From the IMG/VR virus record IMGVR_UViG_3300040971_000034, positions 1 to 29,113 of that record: DNA of 29,113 nucleotides; one strand, written 5' to 3'. This document shows, piece by piece, positions 7,392 to 14,475 of this stretch (position 1 is the first letter of the stretch; every line of letters begins with the position of its first letter). Below the pieces are notes generated by a model. It made no database searches, had not been told where the DNA came from, and was given only the letters and a program-made list of their open reading frames with translations. A program made the translations under genes and the position numbers. This DNA comes from a virus (taxonomy: Duplodnaviria > Caudoviricetes).

Positions 7392-7804
7392 AGCATAAAA
7401 TCAGATTTATTGGTGGCAGGATAGACGGTGAAATTCTGGAGCAAGAACACAATCCGGCGACAAAATTTGTAGTTCCGTTTATGGAGAATGACGGGCTGCT
7501 GCACCATTCCCATTATGTTTTGAGGTGGCAACACACACAGTGCGATGACGGGTCGTTGCTGTTCGAACATTATCATTCGCGCGACTCAGCTATCCTCTAT
7601 TCGTCTGAAGAAATTGCCATCCAGCGAAAATGGATCGCCGACTATAACAACAGCAGCGACAGGACTAACGTTTTAGACGCTGAAGAGTTTGCCGGATTGC
7701 TTGATGAAGCGCTTGATAAGATCGAGAGTTTGATAAAGGTAATTCATAAGGCTGATGATAGAATAGACAGGTTAGTTGAGGAAATAGCTAACAGACGGGT
7801 TTGA
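7388..7804 (+). CDS. Hypothetical protein
   Basis: GTGA overlap; N-terminal FIGGRIDG motif and C-terminal coiled coil. Confidence 0.7.
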   Translation: MKHKIRFIGGRIDGEILEQEHNPATKFVVPFMENDGLLHHSHYVLRWQHTQCDDGSLLFEHYHSRDSAILYSSEEIAIQRKWIADYNNSSDRTNVLDAEEFAGLLDEALDKIESLIKVIHKADDRIDRLVEEIANRRV

Positions 7805-7830
7805 CGGCTGATTAATTTAGCGCGCACAAT
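7801..7830 (+). promoter_or_regulatory. Possible sigma70-type promoter
   Basis: TTGACG (7801-7806), 18-nt spacer, CACAAT (7825-7830), in an intergenic gap. Confidence 0.4.
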
Positions 7831-7846
7831 AAAGTGAGGACGAAAA

Positions 7847-8104
7847 GTGAAATTCAAGGTGACAAGAACGAGCCAAGATAGATGGCAACATTATCAAAAA
7901 AAAGATCAGCCGCCGTTTGAAGGCGCGGTTTGGGAAGAAGATTTCGACAGTAATCATGGCGGATGGTTTACTGAAATAAACACGCTCAATGAATTAATCT
8001 CGTTTATTGAAAAATATGGCGAGGAGTATCACAAAGAGATTGTGGTGACGGCAGAGGATGATAAGACGCCTGAGATTGAAATTTACGATTATTGGAGGGA
8101 ATAG
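7847..8104 (+). CDS. Hypothetical phage protein, paralog of 2899..3249
   Basis: MKFKVTRTS...GWFTEINTLNELISFIEKYG...EIEIYDYWRE; GAGGA RBS, GTG start. Confidence 0.8.
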   Translation: MKFKVTRTSQDRWQHYQKKDQPPFEGAVWEEDFDSNHGGWFTEINTLNELISFIEKYGEEYHKEIVVTAEDDKTPEIEIYDYWRE

Positions 8105-8169
8105 CCGCTTAACCTAACTGCGCCGCGCACAATTGAATAAATAACTCGACTCACGAGTACCAAGATGAC

Positions 8170-8211
8170 CGGGGTCGTTTGCCAGAAATGGTGAGCGACC
8201 CCGCTTTGATT
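8170..8211 (+). terminator. 15-bp GAAA-capped hairpin; terminator/attenuator-like
   Basis: CGGGGTCGTTTGCCA-GAAA-TGGTGAGCGACCCCG is fully paired allowing three G-U pairs, and is followed by a weak tail CTTTGATT. Confidence 0.55.
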
Positions 8212-8228
8212 CAGAAACAGGAGATGAC

Positions 8229-8474
8229 ATGGAACGGGATTTTGACATTAGGAACATCATTTCAACCGAGAACCTCGAAAGCGTGGAAGGCGTTGAGACC
8301 AGGCTTGATCTGCAAAAAGCTATTGACAATTTGCCGCTGCGAGAAAAGCAGATTGTGTACCTGTTCGCTTGCGGGCACACGCAGGGAGAAATAGCAGAGA
8401 TGGTCGGCTGTTGCCAACAGAGAATTAGCCAAATTTTAGCAAATATTAGTAAAAGGTTCGAGCAATGGCACTAA
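8229..8474 (+). CDS. Sigma70 region-4 HTH protein, probable late-transcription regulator
   Basis: DLQKAIDNLPLREKQIVYL...GHTQGEIAEMVG..QQRISQIL; AGGAG RBS; sits at the early/late boundary. Confidence 0.8.
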   Translation: MERDFDIRNIISTENLESVEGVETRLDLQKAIDNLPLREKQIVYLFACGHTQGEIAEMVGCCQQRISQILANISKRFEQWH

Positions 8475-8494
8475 CCTTTTGGAAAAAGAGATTC

Positions 8495-8764
8495 ATGAGG
8501 CAGCGAAATTGCGTATGCGGAAAGCTAATCAGTCTTAATCGCCAGTTGTGCGGTGAGTGTCTTGAGGTTTATGGCACTAACCAGAGCGAGTGGCCCGAAT
8601 GGCTGCGATGGCAGGTAAACGATATCCAGAGGGATATTAATTACGAGCGGAGGCACGACGAATTTTGGCTGGATGACGAAGACGAATTGCGCCCCGACTT
8701 CGCAGAGCCGTTACACGGCTGCAGGATAGAAACGCATCTGCACGAAGATCGGAATAAATGTTGA
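8495..8764 (+). CDS. Hypothetical zinc-finger protein (start 8465 or 8495)
   Basis: CxC...CxxC followed by WPEWL and an acidic tail. Confidence 0.6.
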   Translation: MRQRNCVCGKLISLNRQLCGECLEVYGTNQSEWPEWLRWQVNDIQRDINYERRHDEFWLDDEDELRPDFAEPLHGCRIETHLHEDRNKC

Positions 8765-8769
8765 ACAGA

Positions 8770-8838
8770 AGCCGGCACGCGCGGCAAGCAGGGCAACCTC
8801 ACGGGCGCGTGAGAAATAGCCAGCGGACCAAGCCGGCT
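8770..8838 (+). other. Candidate structured RNA element in the late leader
   Basis: AGCCGGC/GCCGGCT closing stem encloses AGG-GCAA-CCT and CACG-GGCG-CGTG hairpins. Confidence 0.35.
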
Positions 8839-8866
8839 CATTAATTATCAAACAATCGGAGGAATA

Positions 8867-9196
8867 ATGGAATTTGACGTGACAGTTTTAGGCGTTGTGA
8901 TCGGGATGATGGTATTGGCTAACCGGCTTGTGGCTGCGTTAGTTACGCCCCTGTTTGACAAGTACGGCTGGGACAAGTTTTTTTTGATGTATCCAGCTTG
9001 GGTACTGGCAGGCGTGTTCGTGTGGTTCACGGGGCTGAACCTATTCGCGCCGTATATCCCTGACGAGCTGATCGGCAAAATTCTGACCGCAGTCGTGGCA
9101 GGGGGCGGGTCCAATCTCTTGCACGATCTGACAGATAAGCCGTCATTGACCGCGATTGACATCGGCCTGGAAGAAGACGAGCCGGCGGTAGGATAG
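8867..9196 (+). CDS. Holin-like membrane protein
   Basis: About 3 hydrophobic segments, ILTAVVAGGGSNLLHDL motif typical of small phage holins, acidic tail; GGAGG RBS. Confidence 0.7.
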   Translation: MEFDVTVLGVVIGMMVLANRLVAALVTPLFDKYGWDKFFLMYPAWVLAGVFVWFTGLNLFAPYIPDELIGKILTAVVAGGGSNLLHDLTDKPSLTAIDIGLEEDEPAVG

Positions 9197-9199
9197 CGC

Positions 9200-9499
9200 A
9201 TGGAAGCGGACTGGCTTTATGAGCTCGAAAAATACGCCATTGTGATAGCGGCATTGATCATGGCTTACGCGGAGTTCGCGCAGTACTTCCGGCATCGCAA
9301 GTCGTGGATCAAGCTGGCGTTGGGGTTCATGGGGCTTTATTGGGCGGCATATTACACGTACTCGATATTGCGAGTGGCGTTGGACTTGCGGATGCCTTCG
9401 CACCAGGTGTTTGTAAGGTCAGGCATTCTGCTGACAGTTGCATTGATAGGAGCTAACGCTATGATGACGTTGCGGATAATGGACAGGATCGACCGATGA
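9200..9499 (+). CDS. Three-TM membrane protein (possible holin/antiholin)
   Basis: Three hydrophobic stretches; lies in the membrane-gene cluster. Confidence 0.6.
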   Translation: MEADWLYELEKYAIVIAALIMAYAEFAQYFRHRKSWIKLALGFMGLYWAAYYTYSILRVALDLRMPSHQVFVRSGILLTVALIGANAMMTLRIMDRIDR

Positions 9500-9900
9500 C
9501 ATTTGAACAAGTCTTCATGGCTCTCACGTTTATTTCGAGCGGGATCGCGCTTTATTTCTCGGCCCGCAAGCAGAAGCACGATAACGCTAACATTGATGCT
9601 GACACGATAGGTAAGCTCTACGATCTGATTGACAAACAAGAAACGCGATACCAGGAATTGAAAGCTAACTTGACGGCTGAGATTGAAGAATTGCGGGCGG
9701 AGGTGGATATTTTGCGCGGGGAAAAGAAGGTGCGTGAGGACACTATTGAGTCCATGAAACGAGAAAACTCCGACCTACAAGCGCAGGTGGACAAATTGCA
9801 GGCTGCTGTCAAAAGCAGGGATAAGAAAATCAGCGAGCTTGGACGGCAAATAGTGGAACTTACCGCGCGGCTGGATGCGATGAACGGAGGAACGCTGTGA
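9496..9900 (+). CDS. N-terminal TM plus coiled-coil protein (lysis-associated?)
   Basis: Hydrophobic residues about 5-23, then long heptad repeats. Confidence 0.65.
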   Translation: MTFEQVFMALTFISSGIALYFSARKQKHDNANIDADTIGKLYDLIDKQETRYQELKANLTAEIEELRAEVDILRGEKKVREDTIESMKRENSDLQAQVDKLQAAVKSRDKKISELGRQIVELTARLDAMNGGTL

Positions 9901-10061
9901 AGTATAGATTTCTTCCCCCACAAGATACGCTTGCGATTCTCACGGCGAAGCTCAACGCTATCGAGCGGGATCAAGCTGCTTTGCGTGAAGAACTGCAGGA
10001 ATTGCGCGACGAAATTTCTGAGCTGAAGTCATCTGAAAGTTGGATCGGTGGAACGGACTGA
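9897..10061 (+). CDS. Small coiled-coil protein, 54 aa (not in ORF track)
   Basis: GTG start after GGAGG: MKYRFLPPQDTLAILTAKLNAIERDQAALREELQELRDEISELKSSESWIGGTD*. Confidence 0.7.
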   Translation: MKYRFLPPQDTLAILTAKLNAIERDQAALREELQELRDEISELKSSESWIGGTD

Positions 10062-10072
10062 TATGAGGCACT

Positions 10073-10297
10073 TTGGACGTGGCGCAGGATGGTCGAAAAA
10101 GCGAGGGTGATCTGGCAGAGAAGTCAGTGATTCGATTCGACGCGGTAGTCGCGAAGGTGCAGACTTTGGCAGACGGCGGCATTCGTTTGACGCTCGACAT
10201 GGGTGAGAACGCAATTCCGCAAATGGCGATGCTGGCTGAAACAAAGCGAGAAGGCATCGCACTTGTGTTTGAAGCAAAGGTAAAAGCCGGACAGTGA
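10073..10297 (+). CDS. Hypothetical protein upstream of terminase (start uncertain)
   Basis: IRFDAVVAKVQTLADGGIRLTLD beta-rich motif. The best RBS (GAGGGTGA) lies inside the track ORF, so the true start may be near 10112. Confidence 0.6.
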   Translation: MDVAQDGRKSEGDLAEKSVIRFDAVVAKVQTLADGGIRLTLDMGENAIPQMAMLAETKREGIALVFEAKVKAGQ

Positions 10298-10298
10298 A

Positions 10299-10694
10299 AT
10301 GAAGAGTTTAGACAGTGTTTTTGAAGGGTTAGACGAGAGAGAGACCGCCTATGTCTTAGCGCGGTCTGATGCCGTTAGTAACTCAGAAGCACTGAAAAAG
10401 TGTGGCATGTCGGAGGGTTGGCTTTACAAACGGGATTATGAGAACTTGAACGCCCGTGCTGATATTTTACGTAAAGACAAAGCTCTTCGGGCTGTTCTTA
10501 TTCTCGGAGAGGCAGTTGAGCAAGCCGCAAAAGTGAAGGTTGCTGGCTTGAACGTTAGAGACGAGCGCATCAAGCAGGCGGTAGCAACTGAGATTCTTGA
10601 CAGAGAGTTTGGCAAGCCGACTCAACGCAGTGAAGTTACCGGAAAAGACGGCGGCGTGATTGTGATCAACATGACCGGCGATATTGATGACTGA
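10299..10694 (+). CDS. Terminase small subunit (probable)
   Basis: N-terminal HTH-like region, A.EILDR..GKP.Q..EVTGKDGG.I C-terminus; overlaps the TerL start. Confidence 0.72.
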   Translation: MKSLDSVFEGLDERETAYVLARSDAVSNSEALKKCGMSEGWLYKRDYENLNARADILRKDKALRAVLILGEAVEQAAKVKVAGLNVRDERIKQAVATEILDREFGKPTQRSEVTGKDGGVIVINMTGDIDD

Positions 10695-11964
10695 AATCTT
10701 GGCAAGAGTTGAAATGCCGTGGGCTGTGTACAACAAGCCTTACAGGGCGTACTTGAACGACACGCGGCGCACTCAGATTTTCTATGGCGGATCTGCTTCT
10801 GGCAAGAGCGTGTTTCTGGCACAAAGGGCGGTCCGCGACCTAATGATAGGCGGGCGTAATTATCTTATTGTACGGCAAGTCGGGCGCACATTGCGCGGGT
10901 CTGTATTCATGGAGATGCTGAAGGTCATTGACACTTGGAATTGTGAAGGACTTTTCACTGTGAACAAGAGTGACATGCTAATCACATGCCAGAACGGATA
11001 CCAGGCTATCTTTGCGGGTCTGGATGACGTTGCAAAGCTGAAGTCTTTGACACCGGCGAAAGGCGCGATAACGGACATCTGGGTTGAAGAAGCCACTGAG
11101 ATCGAGCGCAATAGCTTGAAGGAGCTAACAAAGAGACAGCGCGGCGGGTCAAGCAAAACTGCAAAGCGGCTGACACTGAGTTTCAATCCGATATTTCAGA
11201 CACACTGGATCTACGATGAGTATTTTGCATCGCGAGGTTGGGCAAGCGACCAGAATCGGCTTGAAGAAGGTGATTTACTCATTCTCAAAACAACCTACAA
11301 AGATAACGCCTTTCTAACAGCGGACGACATTGCCGATCTTGAAAACGAAAGTGATTTGTATTTTTACAACGTTTATACGCTTGGCAATTGGGGCGTATTG
11401 GGGCATGTCATTTTCAATAACTGGAAAGTGGTAGACATGAGTGACAAGCAGGGCGGTTACTATCTGCCAGAAGAGCAGCGTACCAATCGCAAGCATGGTT
11501 TGGACTTCGGGTATTCAAGCGATCCGGCTGCAGTGCCGATGACGCATTATGAGCGCGGCAAAAAGCGCATCTGGATTTATGACGAAATTTATGAGACAGG
11601 GCTTACCAACCCGCAACTTGCAGAGGTTCTGAAACCGAAAATTGGCGGAGATTATTTTATAGCAGACAGCTCCGAACCGAAGTCGATCGCCGAACTAAAC
11701 TCGCACGGTTTAAGTGTTGGTGGTGCGAAAAAAGGCAAGGATAGTGTGCTTTATGGAATTCAATGGCTGCAACAACAAGAGATCTTGGTGGATGTGAGTT
11801 GCATAAATATGCGCAACGAGTTGCAGACATACAAGTGGAAAGAGGACGCGGGTGGCAACTCTTTACCCGTGCCAGTAGACCGGAATAACCATCTCATTGA
11901 TGCGCTGCGATATGCGTATGAAGACGAGATGGTAGGTGCGGGCGTTATTTTGTTCGGGGCGTAG
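10687..11964 (+). CDS. terL: Terminase large subunit (PBSX/SPP1-like)
   Basis: Walker A GGSASGKS, Walker B IWVEEA, SFNP coupling motif, nuclease motifs GLDFGY..DP, ADS.EP and NHLIDALRYA. Confidence 0.95.
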   Translation: MTEILARVEMPWAVYNKPYRAYLNDTRRTQIFYGGSASGKSVFLAQRAVRDLMIGGRNYLIVRQVGRTLRGSVFMEMLKVIDTWNCEGLFTVNKSDMLITCQNGYQAIFAGLDDVAKLKSLTPAKGAITDIWVEEATEIERNSLKELTKRQRGGSSKTAKRLTLSFNPIFQTHWIYDEYFASRGWASDQNRLEEGDLLILKTTYKDNAFLTADDIADLENESDLYFYNVYTLGNWGVLGHVIFNNWKVVDMSDKQGGYYLPEEQRTNRKHGLDFGYSSDPAAVPMTHYERGKKRIWIYDEIYETGLTNPQLAEVLKPKIGGDYFIADSSEPKSIAELNSHGLSVGGAKKGKDSVLYGIQWLQQQEILVDVSCINMRNELQTYKWKEDAGGNSLPVPVDRNNHLIDALRYAYEDEMVGAGVILFGA

Positions 11965-11972
11965 GAGGCTGG

Positions 11973-13316
11973 ATGGCAGACAATTATAAGACGATAACTA
12001 ACGTGCCTGGATGGATGGAGCTGCTAACCAGTGACGGCGTGCCCGACTCCGTTGCGACACTCTACAAACGAGTGCCCTTGTTTTATCGGGCGGTGCAGCT
12101 CAGGTGTGACGCACTATCGAGCGTGCCGATTGCAATATACAAGGGCGAAGAGAACGAGGTTGACTGGCCTTATCCGACCAAGTTGGGCGACTTGCTGTGG
12201 CGCTGGGAGGCGTCATGCCTGTTATCGGGCGCGGCATTTGGAGAGATCATCTCTAATCAGTCCGGCTACAGAAAAGATGTCAAATATCGCAACCCGTTTG
12301 ACATGACGGTCAAGTACGAAAATGGCATTATCAACTTCAAGCAGAATACCAGCGGGGCACAGTGGACTAACGACCTGAAGGCTGGCAAGTACGAGATGCT
12401 TTATATCAATGAGTTCGACCCGTCGCAGGACATACTTCCTGGTATCGGTGCAGGCATTGCTTCTAAGATTGACGCGAAACTACTGTACTCGATAAGCAAG
12501 TTTCCAGAGATGTACTTTGAGGGTGGGGCAATGCCGGTTACTTTGTTGGGCATTGACGCTACTGACAAAAACGAAATTGAGCGCGTTCAGAACTGGTTCA
12601 AGAAATCAGCAACCGCGATCAAGAATGCGTTCAGGGTTATGGGCATGCGGGCGGGGTCTATCACTGCCACGACACTAACACCGCCATTGAAAGATTTGGC
12701 GTTCCCTGAACTTGATAAGATATCAAAAGATAATATCGCTATGGCATTTGGCATAAAACAAACCTTGCTTGACAGTGAGGCGGCTAACTATGCAACTGCG
12801 CAGGAAGATCGGCTGTCATTTTACGAGGATACGATCAAGCCAAGAGCGCGGATTTTCGCGGATGCCTTGAATACGCAGTTATTAGAGCAGGACGGCATGC
12901 GGCTGGAATTCAAGTTCGAGAAGATGGACATATTCCAGGAAGACGAAGGCGACCGGGCGGATCTGTTGAATAAGCTGACACTGGCTGGGATGCCGATTGA
13001 ACTTGCGCTTGAACTGGCTGGGTACGAACTGACAGGCGAACAGGAGGCAATGCTGAACGCGCATCAAGAGCAGATGGACGAGCGCGAGGATGTGGCAGGA
13101 TCAGAGCCGGTTGACGAGCAGGAAGGCGAATTGCGCAAATGGCAGCGCATGGCGGAAAAGCGGATCAGAGAAGGCAAGGGCTTGCGTGAGTTTGAATCGA
13201 GCTTGATTGAGCCTTCGCTTCATGGGGCAATAAGCGGTGCGCTTGAAAATGTAAAGAGCGCCGAGGATGTAAAGCGGGTGTTTGACGCTGCGATCGCGTG
13301 GAGGAATTATCCATAA
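11973..13316 (+). CDS. Portal protein (HK97-like)
   Basis: Follows TerL; AV......LSSVP, YFEGGAMP, IAMAFGI...L...ANYATA....F...TIKP motifs. Confidence 0.9.
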   Translation: MADNYKTITNVPGWMELLTSDGVPDSVATLYKRVPLFYRAVQLRCDALSSVPIAIYKGEENEVDWPYPTKLGDLLWRWEASCLLSGAAFGEIISNQSGYRKDVKYRNPFDMTVKYENGIINFKQNTSGAQWTNDLKAGKYEMLYINEFDPSQDILPGIGAGIASKIDAKLLYSISKFPEMYFEGGAMPVTLLGIDATDKNEIERVQNWFKKSATAIKNAFRVMGMRAGSITATTLTPPLKDLAFPELDKISKDNIAMAFGIKQTLLDSEAANYATAQEDRLSFYEDTIKPRARIFADALNTQLLEQDGMRLEFKFEKMDIFQEDEGDRADLLNKLTLAGMPIELALELAGYELTGEQEAMLNAHQEQMDEREDVAGSEPVDEQEGELRKWQRMAEKRIREGKGLREFESSLIEPSLHGAISGALENVKSAEDVKRVFDAAIAWRNYP

Positions 13317-14023
13317 TGCCTGAAATAATCAGCCTTAGAGAAGTTGAGCGCAGATTGGCGCGGGTACTTAGCAAGGGACTGTCGGTAGAAGGCGACACGT
13401 TGATCGGCTATTTGGGCGATCCACCTAATTTGAGCAATGTGCCTCACGATTACTGGCAGAGCGGATGGAAGCATATCCAAAAGGATGCTGAGCCGATTCT
13501 GGTTGATGTATTTGTGCAGCAAGCACAAGTTGCGATGGAAAATTATGGCGTTGGCCCGAGTGATTGGATTGTGATCATCAATGACGCGGCAGATTGGGCG
13601 CGAAATCATCTCGATTTTGAGTTGCAGCGATTATTTAATCGAAATTATGAGGGTGTGAGTAGATTGGTCACAAAATATTATGAGATTGGCATGTCGCGCA
13701 TGGAGTTAATTGCAGAACTCGATAAGATATACAAAAATCCTGTCAGGTCTGAGATGATTGCGATAACAGAAACTACGAGGGCGGCTGTTGGCGGTGAAAA
13801 CGCCCTGGTGAAGGAAATCGAAAAAGAAAGCAATATCCATTTAGTCCCGATTTGGATGACTGACAGAAGCGGGCATGTTTGCCCTGATTGTTTGATCCGC
13901 GATAATCTACCGATCACAGATGGGGTCGAGCCTCCCCTTCATCCGCGCTGTAATTGCAGAGTGCGACATGACTGGGAGTCAGGGTTGACCGATAAGCAGA
14001 GGGCACTGTGGATATCCAGATAA
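13316..14023 (+). CDS. Minor head protein (Mu gpF/SPP1 gp7-like)
   Basis: RSEMIAITETTRA, W.T.....VCPDC and PPLHPRCNCR motifs; TAATG overlap with portal. Confidence 0.85.
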   Translation: MPEIISLREVERRLARVLSKGLSVEGDTLIGYLGDPPNLSNVPHDYWQSGWKHIQKDAEPILVDVFVQQAQVAMENYGVGPSDWIVIINDAADWARNHLDFELQRLFNRNYEGVSRLVTKYYEIGMSRMELIAELDKIYKNPVRSEMIAITETTRAAVGGENALVKEIEKESNIHLVPIWMTDRSGHVCPDCLIRDNLPITDGVEPPLHPRCNCRVRHDWESGLTDKQRALWISR

Positions 14024-14475
14024 GAGTTGAGGGCGCGGAAGAGCTGGTGGCTAAGCTAACGAAGCTGGAACAATTGCAGCGTGTTAAGAGGCAGATACTC
14101 GCAGAAGGTAATGTACTGCGCGGGAAAATGTCAACCTATCCCACGAGGGTTTATTCTCCTAACCCACTTATCAAGTCGAATGACAAAGTCCGGCGCGGGT
14201 TCTTCTATCACCTGAAACATGGAAATATCAGCGTGCCATATAAAAGGACATACAAGCTTAGGGATAACTGGAAAGTCGTCTCTGCCGGCGGCGGATGGAC
14301 TGTAAAAGTGGGCGTTGAAGGTGTTAGCTACGCCTCACGCGTGCAGGGTGATAACCAGGCTTATGGGCACAGTGTAAGCGGCTGGCTGACCGTGAACAGA
14401 GCAGAGTCGCTTTATGGGACAGGGATCAAACAACGAATAAAGCAAGCATTAGAACAAGAGGTAGCGAATGTCTGA
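14008..14475 (+). CDS. HK97 gp10-like virion morphogenesis protein
   Basis: I.VEG.EEL..KL N-terminus, YKRT..LR..W and SYA..VQG motifs. Confidence 0.55.
   Translation: MDIQIRVEGAEELVAKLTKLEQLQRVKRQILAEGNVLRGKMSTYPTRVYSPNPLIKSNDKVRRGFFYHLKHGNISVPYKRTYKLRDNWKVVSAGGGWTVKVGVEGVSYASRVQGDNQAYGHSVSGWLTVNRAESLYGTGIKQRIKQALEQEVANV

Noticed and set aside
9897-10061. Apparent noncoding gap or frameshifted gene
   Set aside because: Recounting the C5 run shows an intact 54-aa GTG-start ORF below the track's length cut-off.
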